Shown: positions 27,685 to 40,689, counted from the first letter of the whole stretch. The stretch: DNA of 63,856 nucleotides, filler included, from Octopus bimaculoides (GCF_001194135.2; 7 parts of 6 records of this genome joined end to end with filler, not necessarily neighbours in it), one strand, 5' to 3'. Notes: a model not told the origin generated them from the sequence alone. Numbers and translations: made by a program.

Positions 27685-28245
27685 TTCAAGGCTTGAATAT
27701 GGTACTTATGCGAAGGCACCCGAATATCACATCCCAAAAGGATGGGTGATTAAAATCAAACAATAAGCAACACGGATTTCAAAAGNNNNNNNNNNNNNNN
27801 NNNNNNNNNNNNNNNNNNNNNNNNNNNNNNNNNNNNNNNNNNNNNNNNNNNNNNNNNNNNNNNNNNNNNNNNNNNNNNNNNNNNNNNNNNNNNNNNNNNN
27901 NNNNNNNNNNNNNNNNNNNNNNNNNNNNNNNNNNNNNNNNNNNNNNNNNNNNNNNNNNNNNNNNNNNNNNNNNNNNNNNNNNNNNNNNNNNNNNNNNNNN
28001 NNNNNNNNNNNNNNNNNNNNNNNNNNNNNNNNNNNNNNNNNNNNNNNNNNNNNNNNNNNNNNNNNNNNNNNNNNNNNNNNNNNNNNNNNNNNNNNNNNNN
28101 NNNNNNNNNNNNNNNNNNNNNNNNNNNNNNNNNNNNNNNNNNNNNNNNNNNNNNNNNNNNNNNNNNNNNNNNNNNNNNNNNNNNNNNNNNNNNNNNNNNN
28201 NNNNNNNNNNNNNNNNNNNNNNNNNNNNNNNNNNNNNNNNNNNNN

Positions 28246-28326
<81 letters not shown>

Positions 28327-30879
28327 GATACACCCACAAATATACAGTTATGTACCCATAGACGTGGCTGCTTATGTGCATAGATGCATGCATTCATACA
28401 TACATGTGCATGCATAGATACTATAGAACGAAAACTTTTTATGGAATAATAGCTGAAAATAAGGTAAAGATCGGAACGGTTGCAGACAAAGAGAGCAGGA
28501 TTTGGAAATTGCGGATGAGTGTTTGTTTCAATGGGAAGATGAAGGAGTATAAAGTGAGGAAGAGGGAAATCCGGTTTAAAGGTATTCATAAAGAAGGTAG
28601 CAGGACAGCAACACGGTAGAAAGACCTAAATTTCAGTATTACATTGTATAAAATCTGTTGCTCATGAAAAATACTATATACTATTTCATTTGAAAACAGG
28701 TAAAATACACCGTTACTTTTTCGATCACTTCCACGAGCACATCTGAAGGAATCAACTATACATGCCAGGTGCGCCCATCTCCACCCACTTCAAGATGTAA
28801 TACACATTTACTAGTGTCTGGCAACATAGCACATCAAGGAACTGCACAGTCATACAAAAGTAAGAAACAAATTTTTCATATTCAAACTCGAAATCAAGGA
28901 ACAGACCACTTGTATGGACATATTTCTTTCTTTTTCACTTGCTGCAAATATAAAAAAATAGGCTTTTCCCTTTAGTTCACCTATTACTAAGTTTCATCTG
29001 TATCTTTTTCATGTCTGTTTATCTTCTATTTATTTCTCTTTCGTTTTTCTATGTCCTAGTTCCTCTCGCTTACGACTTTCGGTTTACATATGCACTCACT
29101 CATTCTTTTGCATTCTTTATCAGTTGCAGCAAATCGGGAAAGCACGTTGCATATAAATTTCTTTTCTCTTTCATTGTTCCCTGTTATCTCAACCATGAAA
29201 AACGTGTCTGTCCGAAACGTCTGTAACTTCAATCACCACAGGAATATTACTTTAACCTTTCTGTCTCTATCTCTCAATATGAGAAGTTTTCAAACACAAT
29301 ACACACATGCGCGCGCACACAATTATTATTTATATATGCGTGCATGTTTGTATATATGTATATATGTATGGAAAATATGTTTCACAACATATCTTCCGCA
29401 TCGTCTAATAGAATAGTTTTCTTTCCTGCTTAGTTGGTGGCACTAATTATATAATGTTCAGTATAAAAGGCATTGAAATTTTGAATCCATTTAACGTTAA
29501 TTATACAGTATTCTTAATATGAAAATTATTTTTTTAACCATCGTCTGTAATAATCTTCAATGCTAAATTTTGATGTTTAAATCAATTTGAATTTAGTAAT
29601 TCCGAATGGCTGTCTTTTTCTTTTTTATATCACCTGTTAAGTGACATTTCGAAAACGCTATATCTCATCACTACAGCTTATAGACAATCAGTGTATTTAA
29701 ATGAAAGTTTTTTTAACGCTGCATACAAGCAACAGTGTACTGAAAATTAGAATATAGTAACATTGAGAAGAAATATCTTTGACCACCAAAATGGACGCAT
29801 TTCACCTAGGAAGTACATTTCAATTTATGAGGTTAATTATAAAGTCTATTGAGCAACAGGAAATTTTGTACTGTACAACTTAGTATCATCACTAACCAGC
29901 ATCCAAAGGCTAGTTTCGTTTTAAATATACTCAAGCGTTTTCGTACTTTGAATTCAGACAGGACCAAATTTTACCTCTGCCGCTTTGGCACGCAGCCTAT
30001 CTGACCAGTTACACTGTAATCTGCAGCCCAGACCTAACTCGAAACCTAACCTTAATCCTAATTCTAGGCGCTAATCTTAATCCTAAGCCATACCCATAAC
30101 TCCTAGTCCTAACCACTTAGCCCATTCCTTTATCCAGATCACGTCATTTCACACCGTGGTCATTACAGTAGTCCACAAACTAAAGTAGCGCCTTCTTTTT
30201 TTACGTTATTGATATAGTGCTTTTTGTGTCATTCGAATAGCGTATTATTTACTTTTGCTTATTATTTCAACCAGTGTAATAGATATTTTACGTTTCAAAT
30301 GAGAACTATTTATTTTTGTGCAATGTAATAATGCATTGAGCGAAAATTCGATTTTACTTAAAGTTAATTATTCTATATTGTTTTCATGATAATTAATCTT
30401 TGTTTCACCATTTCTGTTAATATTCAATATAAAGTACAGTTTAAAGGAGGATTCCCTGTCGGTAATCATCATTAATCTTACTGATAATAAATCACTATGT
30501 GAGTGGTGTACATTTGTGTATTGTGTTTCATAACGTAGCAATTATATAGACACTTGGCATGTGGATTTATTGTCTTAGATTGATCTGCATTGAAACAAGG
30601 TGGCCGATGATTAGCCAAAATGGTTGGGTGATATACTGGCACAATTCAATTCCTAACAATGAATACCCATTAATAAATATTCAAATTTATCTAAATTGAT
30701 TGCGCTGAATACTCGTTAACTTACACAGCACAATATACACATATACACACTCACATACACATGCACTGGAAAGAGCAACATCAGTAGTAAAAAAGAAAAG
30801 AATGAAAAACAATGAAAAAAACACGAATACAAAATTAAAAAATAAACTGGGCTTATGTCGATCTAACCTACAATGAGGA

Positions 30880-31415
30880 AACAGTTGAAAACCGTTTAGG
30901 AAACAATATTGAGAAGTCAGAATTTCCTATGAGAATAACAAGTCGAGATTAAATCTAAGAAAATATTTCGTACAATTGTTCACCACATCCGAAACACGCT
31001 TCCTCACATGATGCTCAATGAAATCAATGAAGGGCCTGATGCATAATATGCAACCAATGTGTCTGGAAAGAAACATAGTTATCTTAATTAGTTAGAGGCA
31101 GAGCAAATACACTGGATCGACAAAAAGACATCTCGACTAGCGTGTCCTGGACCATTCTTATTAAGCAAGGTCACCTAATACAGCATTCCAATATTAGCTA
31201 TCACGAGGAACAAGGTTTACCACTAAATAAAGATGCAGTAAATATTCAGGTAACCAAAGCGGATTGTGTATGAAAACCACAGCCCACCATAAACTGTCAG
31301 GGTTATGTCGAGACAGCAATATTTAGATTGTTTCTCCGAATAATGATAGAGTGTCATCAACCAGCAAATATCACGTCTGATGAAGCACCTTAAAATCTGA
31401 AAGCGCTTATGACTC
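30880..31415 (+). mobile_element. Probable Penelope-like 3' remnant ending in a degenerate hammerhead
   Basis: Decayed coding-like sequence (LEAEQI...) followed by CTGATGA (31377) ... GAAAGCGCTT (31399). Confidence 0.4.
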
Positions 31416-34400
31416 ATAAAATGACAGTATAGCTGGCAACAAGTCTCACACTACAATTAATTACCAATTAGGTTTATCGTATTTTAACTGAATACCATAT
31501 GAGTTATCCTACTAATCTATTTCTCTACATATCTATAAACCCTGCTCTCTAGCTATTTTTCACCGTAACTCCTTATTCACTTATTTACATTACCACGTAT
31601 ATATCTATCCATATATCCACCGATTTATTCATGAAATTTTATATTTGAACATTTAAATTTTTCTGTTTAAAAGATTGTCTTCCACGTGACATTGACTCTT
31701 AAGAAGGTGTTAAGCATTAAATCCCAAAACAACAAAATTGTTCCTCTCATTAACTATTTCTTTTTGTGTCACACTAATATATTGAATGTTTTCTGATATC
31801 CCAATATTAACACGCTCTCATTTATAGCATCATATGGTGCGCGTTTCAAATGTGTCAAAAAAAAAAAAAGACAAATCTTATTCACGTTCATCTTGAAGTT
31901 TCTTANNNNNNNNNNNNNNNNNNNNNNNNNNNNNNNNNNNNNNNNNNNNNNNNNNNNNNNNNNNNNATTGCTATTTATGCAAAAATGTCGTAAGTCCAAA
32001 ACGTTGCTTTTTCAGAAAGCAAAAATATGTTTCATCATTCCATAGCAAAACCGTTGTACTACATCTTGACAATTTTTGATAACTTGGCATCTGAAGCAAC
32101 TGGAGATACAACAGTTTGACCAAAAGAACCGGCTATTGAAAGCAAAAATAAATATTGTGACGTGTTTCAAATTACAAGTGAAAATAATTTATCGTGTTCG
32201 GCGTAATAACCGGAGTCTGTTCGTGTCTTTCAAAAATGAGGTTCTCTTGTTGCAAACCATTTATCTCGGTTGTATACGAATAAATCCTCAAGATAACATA
32301 TTATCTGAGTGTAAATGAAATTTTATGATGGAGAAAGTAATTGAGACGTTTTCCAAGTACAAGTTCTGAAAATATTTCTTCTACACAATGACGGATTTTG
32401 GGCGTTTTGGCATAGCCACCTAAGCAATATTGTAGGCCCCTGGATAAGTCTAGGCCATATAGTATTTATTTATTGACAGTAAACCACATAAAACATGGGT
32501 CAGAATTGAACCCTTAGACCCGTGGAGCCTGTGAGCAACTGCCCAATGTGGCTCTGCCTGAAGACGGCCCAGGTCTTTGGGGAGAAATTGTGAAATCTGT
32601 CTTGTCCGGGGTTACCTTAGACGAAGCAATCTGCTAACATGTATCCTGTAACCAGTGTTGTGTTGCCTTCGTGGCTAAATCACTTAATTCTCAATGGTCA
32701 AATTCCCCAAGCTTGAAGTTGAAGTTCATTTTGTCTATCTTTGATTATCCTTAATTAAGCAGATCTAAGGTAAAATGTATTCTAACCGTGGCCATCCTGT
32801 ATACTTTTTCAGATAAAACTATATGATCTCACAGAACCTGTTTTTTAAGATAACAGATATGATGGGAGTGAGATTTAGCAGCTAAATCTTGCAGGTTTAG
32901 TGACCACAGAGATTCATCTTTGACTAATCTAGCTGTTAGATGTGGAATAATTTTCTGTAGTAGTTAGAAGTAGAAGTTTTAAAATAGCCAACACATTATT
33001 TGTCTATCAGTGTTGAATTCAACTTCCCGGGGAAAACAAAGCTATTTATAACAACATACTTTCAACTACTGATTGTTAAAATCCTTGAGATGAACGTCGG
33101 TTACTGACAGTATGAGTTGCATGAATTGATGAAAATTTACCGAAATTCATGAATCTATGATTTACAACAGATGCCCGTATTTGAGAAATATTAGCTTCCC
33201 TAAAGACATTGAATTATTGCGGATCTGGAAGTATAATATTGTGGCTTATATTTCAGATTTTACCGATCACTAGGATTATTACCACCAATGCCGTCACTTC
33301 CCTCATGTTGCAAATATTTTGATCGCCGGTCTGACTTTTCTTCTTGTATTTCTTTCATTCATCCAAGAAAAACTTTTTGATACTGTTTAAGCCATATAGA
33401 ATTTGATAAAGACTTACTGAACGCTATACCTGCTCTTAATTATCATACTGGAGATAAAACAATACTTGTTTTTACTATTTACCCTATAGTTTATTTTCCA
33501 GCGCATAAAACTTCAAAAGTTGTTTGAATTCCAAGGAATTAAAAAAAAAATGTGAATCTCTTTATAATAAATGTACACAAAAATTGCTTGGCGCTGTCTA
33601 ATGTTTCATTAACTAGGAATTACTCTGGCATCAAATATTTAATGAATTAATAATGAAACATGAGAAAGTTATTGTGTACAACTTAGAATTTCAGACGTCA
33701 AATGATTTTCCCATTTGATATGGATTTAGTTTTGAAATTTTATATTTCTTTCAGGTATTAGTTTGTAATAAACTATAGATTATATACAACTGCAAATGCA
33801 AAAAATAAAATGCAATGCATAAAACTTCCAACCAAAGACCTTTCCGGGTATTTATATATTTTTCAAACATATCGAACTGCTATTGACCTATAGAATTCAT
33901 AATACAATATCATTTAATGCTGCTTAAAAATTGCATTCATAAACAAGAGATTTATATGTCATATTTTGAATGATGACTTAAGCACATAATCATTGCATGA
34001 CAGAGAAGATTATGACATTCGCTGATTCTGAATACTCTCATCTATACTATATAGAAATATTTCACTAAAATTATGTATATGCGAAATACTGCAGGTTTGG
34101 GTGGAAAGAGAGAGAAAGAGAGCGACTGAGAAAGAGAAAGAAAAGAGAAGAGAGTGTGTGCATGTGTTGTGTGAGTATCTGTGTTCGTGCATGTGTGTGT
34201 GTGTTTGTGTGTGTGTGTGTATGTGTGTATGTGCGTTATTTGGAAAATATTGTTCGAATACTAGTGTTGAGAAATTACATTCATAACGATAAAGATGAAT
34301 TGTTATTCAGTTCCAGGCTAGCTACATACATACTCACATACATACATTTACACGAGCATACATACGTACATACATACATACATACATACACGCATAAATG

Positions 34401-35180
34401 CATATACACAAACATACATACACACGCAAACATACAAACACGTACACGCGCTGCGCATATACATAAATATAAAGACATATCTCTATGCCACAAGCTACTG
34501 ACTCTCCGGTTACGGCATACCGTACTTGGGTATACGGTAGACCGTACCGTACTTGGGAAACTTGCGTAATATGACAATTGACTTCAAGATACGGCCTGTA
34601 ATATTCCATCTTTATGGAAACGCGTGTAAATTTTACCGATTGAAAAGTTATATCTTGAAATGTTCATATGTCCAAACTAACCTTAAAATGCCATTACCAA
34701 CACCCCTATCCGTTCCATCCGTCCGCTCAATTTTGATTGTGAGTGCACCAATTCCACTCTCTTGCATTTAATTTCTATCTTTAAGCATGTATTCATTTCT
34801 TAACATCGTCGAGGTTTCCTATCTCGACATCACTTCACCTCATCTTTCATATTCGTATATCCATTTTAGACCCCTAAAGTGTATCACGAGTACTTATTGC
34901 GCATGCATAACATTATTAATTTTTCTTGTCCTTTAATATTTTACCGTTTGGTATACATTTTCTTTCTATCACCGCCAATGTTGGATTTAAATTCAAACGC
35001 GTACAGTGTAATACATTACATTTATTTACGTTGCTTAATATGAGACGGCTCCTGATTTGTGTTGGTCGGCAATGAAACTCGACGTAATATTCCAATTAAC
35101 TCAAGATTTAATTCAATAAAAGAACAGCTAAATTCTGATGCAAAAGTTGTCATTTATCTACATGGGCATATCTATCTGCG

Positions 35181-35259
<79 letters not shown>

Positions 35260-35319
35260 TTGTCTGTCTGTCTGTCTGTCTGTCTGTATGTATGTATGTC
35301 TGTCTGCCTGCCTGCCTGC

Positions 35320-35360
<41 letters not shown>

Positions 35361-35460
35361 NNNNNNNNNNNNNNNNNNNNNNNNNNNNNNNNNNNNNNNN
35401 NNNNTTAATTAATTAANNNNNNNNNNNNNNNNNNNNNNNNNNNNNNNNNNNNNNNNNNNN
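35361..35460. other. Artificial scaffold spacer
   Basis: N44-TTAATTAATTAA-N44. Confidence 0.95.
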
Positions 35461-35698
35461 GGTTGTCCCGCAGAAATCTCCAATTGTCTTCCACGTTGTA
35501 TGATGCTATATCCCCTTCTATTTCGTTAAATGCTTCAAGTAACTTGTCTCTAAGTCTCTGTCCGTTTGCAGGGTCTTTAAGCTTCCACACCCTTCTCCTC
35601 CAAGCCTGTCTAATTCTGGGCACCCATTTTGCCTTGATCCCAAAGTCGCTAACTACTAATCTATGTTGTGGGGTACATTCTTCGCCAGGGTAGGTTTT

Positions 35699-35700
<2 letters not shown>
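35461..35700 (-). pseudogene. RTE LINE fragment (end of APE endonuclease plus linker)
   Basis: KTYPGEECTPQHRLVVSDFGIKAKWVPRIRQAWRRRVWKLKDP...VEDNWRFLRDN; HRLVV is the APE C-terminal His motif. Confidence 0.8.
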
Positions 35701-35729
<29 letters not shown>

Positions 35730-35744
35730 TACTATATGACTATG

Positions 35745-35910
35745 CACCTACACACTTGGAGTGATTGGCATTAGGAAATAGCATCCAGCCATAGAAACCA
35801 TGCCAGACCAGGCTGGAGTCTGGTGCAGCCCTTCAGCTTACCAGCCCCGGTCAAACCATCCAACTCATGCCAGCATGGACAAATGGATGCTAAATGATGA
35901 TGATGATGAT
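35745..35910 (+). mobile_element. RTE-type 3' tail fragment with (GAT)n end
   Basis: GGCATTAGGAAATAGCATCCAGCC...CATGCCAGCATGGAC...TAAATGATGATGATGATGA; same family as 56021-56420. Confidence 0.7.
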
Positions 35911-36097
35911 TATGGGAAACCAAATAACTGAACTTACAAATTTAAAAATATGTTCATAATCAATTTTTTACCCCCCAAATTAATGGTGCTGTTTATTTTG
36001 TTGTTTGTGCAGTATCCAATTAGTAAATTGATTACAATTACTGCTAATAACAATAGATTAAGAATTTATATTTTCTCCCTAGATGACAGTTCAACAC

Positions 36098-36275
36098 AGT
36101 TCTATATTTAAGAGATGAGGAATTATGTACATTATTTACATTATTTACATTTGACAGATATTTGTCCTCATCTTGTTTGTTGTTAACACAATGTTTTGGC
36201 TGATATGCCCTATCAGCCAAAATGTTGTGTTAGCAAACAAGATGAGGACAAATATCCGTCAAATGTAAATAATGT
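36098..36275. mobile_element. Fold-back element, short relative of 50293-50780
   Basis: ~75-bp arms around a 5-nt loop (TGCCC, 36206-36210); flanking direct repeat ACAGTTCAACAC (36086-36097, 36276-36287). Confidence 0.85.
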
Positions 36276-36597
36276 ACAGTTCAACACTTCAAGATAAAGA
36301 TAAACATGGTGGTTATGATTTGGTTGGTTTCAGTTGGAAAACTGAATTACAATCTAATAAATAAAAATATCTAAATTAATCAATATTGTTATGTCTTCAA
36401 AAAACAAAATGCTTTTTATGCTTTCTCACCAATAAAATACCTTTTCTCTAATGTATCCCTCTCTAGCATATGCATATTGATGTATCTTCACTACATAGTC
36501 ATTTATGTTTATAGATTATTTTACTATATTTCATTTTTTTAAAATTCTTCTTTTGGTTTAATTGGCAGACTTTGAAGAAAAAACATTGTTCATTATA

Positions 36598-36745
36598 TGC
36601 TATGTGGTAAGAAGCTTGCTTCCCAACAACATGGTCCTGGGTTCAGTCCCCCTGTGTGGCACCTTGGGCAAGTGTCTTCTACTATAGCCTCATGCCAACC
36701 AAAGCCTTGTGAGTAGATTTGGTAGATGGAAAGTAAAAGAATCCC
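36598..36745 (+). mobile_element. Third SINE family (GTGGTAAGAAGCTTGCTTCCCAAC...CACCTTGGGCAAGTGTCTTC)
   Basis: Recurs at ~37407, ~51210, ~56490 and ~62835; B-box-like GGGTTCAGTCCC. Confidence 0.8.
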
Positions 36746-36749
36746 ATCA

Positions 36750-37385
36750 TATCATCATTATCATTTAGCATCCATTTTCCATGCTGGTGTGGGTTAGATG
36801 GTTTGACTGGAACTGACAAGCCCGAGAGCTGCAGTCTGTTGTTGGCTTGATTTCTATGGCTGGATGCCCTTCCTAATGCCAATCACTCCACAAAGTTCAC
36901 CAATTGCCTTTAAACGTGTCACTGACACTGGTGCCTTTAATGTATCACCTGCACAAGTCCCTTTTACATGTCACTGGCCTTGACTACAATTTCACTAAAC
37001 TCGACATGTCTTCTCAAGCACTGCAAACCACCAACGGTCTTGGTTACTTGTCATAACCTCTGTGAGATTCAACATCCAAAGATCATATTTCACCACCTCT
37101 TGCATGTCTTCCTGGGTCTACCTCCACAGGTTCTCTCCAGCACTTCTTTATGCAGCTGTCCTCATCCATTCACATCACATGGCCATACCAACAATGCAAT
37201 ATCTTGGCAACTAACAACTGCCTTGCACACTACATCTAATGCCTCTTATACCCAATTTTTCTCTTAAGACATTCACACTCTGTGTTGTATATGCACACTA
37301 ACATTGCATTTCCTGCAGAATATACTAGCTTTATTTCTTTCAAGCCTTCACATGTTCTCTGCAGAGCTCATGTTTCACTGCCATA
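36750..37385 (-). mobile_element. RTE LINE 3' end (C-terminal ORF remnant, UTR, (GAT)n tail)
   Basis: Minus strand across frames gives LREKLGIRGIRCSVQ, WYGHVM*MDEDSCIKKC, GRPRKTCKRW-like motifs; CATCAT tail near 36745-36765. Confidence 0.8.
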
Positions 37386-37406
37386 TACATACATACATAC
37401 ATACAT

Positions 37407-37565
37407 ATACGACAGGCTTCTTTCAGTTTCCGTCTACCAAATCCACTCACAAGGCTTTGGTTGGCCCGAGGTTATAGTAGAAGACATTTGCCCAAGGTGC
37501 CACGCAGTGGGACTGAACCCGAAGCCATGTGGTTGGGAAGCAAGCTTCTTACCATAGCCATGTCT
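37407..37565 (-). mobile_element. SINE (third family)
   Basis: Reverse complement of the 36598-type sequence. Confidence 0.85.
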
Positions 37566-37572
37566 GCTCCTA

Positions 37573-37985
37573 TTGGGTTGGCCAAAAAGTCTGTTGTTTC
37601 TTTTAAAATGAAAATAAGCTACAAGTTTTAAACGCACAACGATTTATTCAATCATTGATAATAACCATTCCGTTCCAGCATTTTCTGCCACTTTGTGGGC
37701 AGATCCATTATTCCCTGCTCAAAGAATTTCCTGTCTTTACTGGCGGAAATCTTTTTTAGGTGTACTTTCTCGCCCTTTTCAAAGTTAATGCTTGTCCATT
37801 CAATGAATTTTGAAGAGATCAAAACGAGTGGAAATCTGAAGGCGCAATGTCGGGCAAATATGAAAAGTTCGGCAAAACTTCCCAGACAAACCCCAATAAT
37901 CCCTCTGCGTTTGCAAAGAACTGGGTGGTCTGGCATCGTAATGATGAAAGACAATGCCTTTAAGATTAGCAAGTGCTGGACACTT
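37573..37985 (-). mobile_element. mariner 3' remnant with terminal inverted repeat
   Basis: TA + TTGGGTTGGCCAAAAAGT terminus at 37571; ORF end SASKDRKFFEQGIMDLPTKWQKMLERNGYYQ is typical of mariner C-termini. Confidence 0.85.
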
Positions 37986-38726
37986 TTAGTGGATCATAGC
38001 GATTAATGTTGGGGTTTGATGTTAGCACTTAAAATTATGGTTTCGGGTTAGAGGAAAGATTATATTTAAACAGAAATTAGGGGACTGAAAAAAAGATTTG
38101 AATTTGTGTACAAGTTTTTGCAGAATTGATATTGCATACGTTTAAAACTTGGATATATGACGTAAAAAATTATCAATTTTTTTAGAAAGGGTATGGGGGC
38201 TAGAACGTATACTTGGAAAGTCCGCTGAGTGTTTTTCCAAAAGATTTACTATAAGTTAATGAAATTGCTTTGCGATGTTACCGTTAATACTGTCAGTCTC
38301 CAATTCGGGAAACACTGGGTATTACAGCAAGTTATATGGAAATGCATTACACACACAAACACACCCACACACATAATTAATAAAAAAAAAAACAAAGAAA
38401 AAACAAGAAAAAAACAACAACGCGAGGATGTGGTACATACAAAGTATTAAAAGACGCTCAGGAAAGGAAAGAAAGGGTGTTTGTATATAACTGAATTACA
38501 AGCACATCTCTCTCTATGCATTGTATGTAGGTACGCGCGCGCACAGACACACACATATACGAAGCGTGTTAAAAATATATTTTGTATCTGTAATTGCATT
38601 TTCATTCTAAATACATTGAAATTGAAGCAACATTATTTGAGATTTACACAAAGTGAAACAACAGCTTTCAAATAGAAGCATAATATATGTATACACTTTA
38701 AACGTAACCTATTCCCACTCTCTATC

Positions 38727-38774
<48 letters not shown>

Positions 38775-38893
38775 GTGTGTGAGTCATATAAGAGACCATA
38801 GGTCAGGGAGAAGGTACACTCACATGACTGTTAGTAGAGTTGGTATATTGTCTGAAGTTTATAGTATTAAATATCCATCACGGCTGGTCATCT

Positions 38894-39451
38894 AATTATA
38901 TAAATACGCTCATCAGAGGTAACGGACGAGAAGGGAATATGACAACTGCTCTCCACTGCCAGAGGTGGATTAGTACAATCGATCGGCGTCTGCTGTAAAA
39001 AGGTGGTGAAATGAAAAATAAATAAATAAATAGATCCAGGGGGTTTGGCTGGGAGTTATGTCCCTTGGTTAGGTATGTTGTGCAGTCGGCAAGAGTTATC
39101 TTGAAGTGAAAAAAGTTTGTGTTAATAATGTGGTGTCTCTGCGGTGATGGAGTGTGTGGTATTTGTAGCAGTGTTATATGTATAAATATTTCTGGGGGTG
39201 TAGATATACATAGCGCTGTGTTCGTTCTGTTTTCCACCACATTAACACAAACTTTCCCCACTTTCAGATAACTCTTGCTGACTGCACAACATATACCTAT
39301 CCAAGGGACATAACTCCCAGCCAAATCCCCTGGACCTTTTTCATTTCACTACCTTTTACAGCAGACACCGACCGCTTGTACTAATTCACCTCCTGCAGTC
39401 GCCATATTCCCTTCCATGTCGGCTACGTCTGATGAGGGTGTTTATATAATT
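38894..39451. mobile_element. Diverged fold-back element with CTGATGA near both ends
   Basis: Arms 38894-39135 and 39235-39451 are reverse complements (roughly 80% by eye, with indels); ~99-bp loop. Confidence 0.85.
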
Positions 39452-39659
39452 GCATTGTTACCTAACACTCTATTGTATTTTTTGTGCGAAACCGATTGGT
39501 AAAACCAGCCGTGATGCGGTCTACCACGGTATCAAACAGTATAGTTAGGGTTATCTACCTTATCTTTCAGATATTTCAGAGATAAAAGGAATTACACAAA
39601 CGAGAAAAATTGAATCGTATATTATTTTATATGATAAAGAAATTACACAGATAAATCAA

Positions 39660-39963
39660 GACAATCCATTTTCACATTCTCTCTCAATAATTGGGATCAG
39701 ACTGTTCTCGTCACCTTGTTCCACACAAATGTATTGACAGTCTGAGCCTTGTTTGAGACCAAAAACCGACGGCCCATCAATTCTATGTCCATGGTTCCTG
39801 TAGTTTCCTTGTTCTGCATCACTGTCTTCGAAGAGACGAGCGTTGTCACCATTCAGCATTCTTCCTCGATTGTATTTTTATCGACCAGCAAATCTTGCTT
39901 CATCGATCTGAATGGGGTTATCGTTTGTCCCAACCCTCTTCCCTCGTCATTCATGATAGACTA
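39660..39963 (-). pseudogene. Merlin / IS1595-like DDE transposase remnant
   Basis: IQIDEARFAGR*KYNRGRMLNG...HRIDGPSVFGLKQGSDC...VEQGDENSLIPIIERECENG, matching V.IDES.FG.RKY.RGR...WVFG...V..R...TL.PII. Confidence 0.85.
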
Positions 39964-40512
39964 NNNNNNNNNNNNNNNNNNNNNNNNNNNNNNNNNNNNN
40001 NNNNNNNNNNNNNNNNNNNNNNNNNNNNNNNNNNNNNNNNNNNNNNNNNNNNNNNNNNNNNNNNNNNNNNNNNNNNNNNNNNNNNNNNNNNNNNNNNNNN
40101 NNNNNNNNNNNNNNNNNNNNNNNNNNNNNNNNNNNNNNNNNNNNNNNNNNNNNNNNNNNNNNNNNNNNNNNNNNNNNNNNNNNNNNNNNNNNNNNNNNNN
40201 NNNNNNNNNNNNNNNNNNNNNNNNNNNNNNNNNNNNNNNNNNNNNNNNNNNNNNNNNNNNNNNNNNNNNNNNNNNNNNNNNNNNNNNNNNNNNNNNNNNN
40301 NNNNNNNNNNNNNNNNNNNNNNNNNNNNNNNNNNNNNNNNNNNNNNNNNNNNNNNNNNNNNNNNNNNNNNNNNNNNNNNNNNNNNNNNNNNNNNNNNNNN
40401 NNNNNNNNNNNNNNNNNNNNNNNNNNNNNNNNNNNNNNNNNNNNNNNNNNNNNNNNNNNNNNNNNNNNNNNNNNNNNNNNNNNNNNNNNNNNNNNNNNNN
40501 NNNNNNNACACA

Positions 40513-40553
<41 letters not shown>

Positions 40554-40689
40554 TTAAAAAATACTTGTTAGAGGATTATTTTATGCCGATGATGGCACAC
40601 TCAGAGAGGGGATATGTAACATTTAATGGGCATATTTGCCACTGCATGTGCACATTTAAGACTCACAATTAGTCTGGGGAAAACCAAAG

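Noticed and set aside
30030-30125. Interstitial telomere
   Set aside because: Only degenerate CCTAA(C/T) hexamers, no run of CCCTAA; more likely internal to an unclassified repeat.
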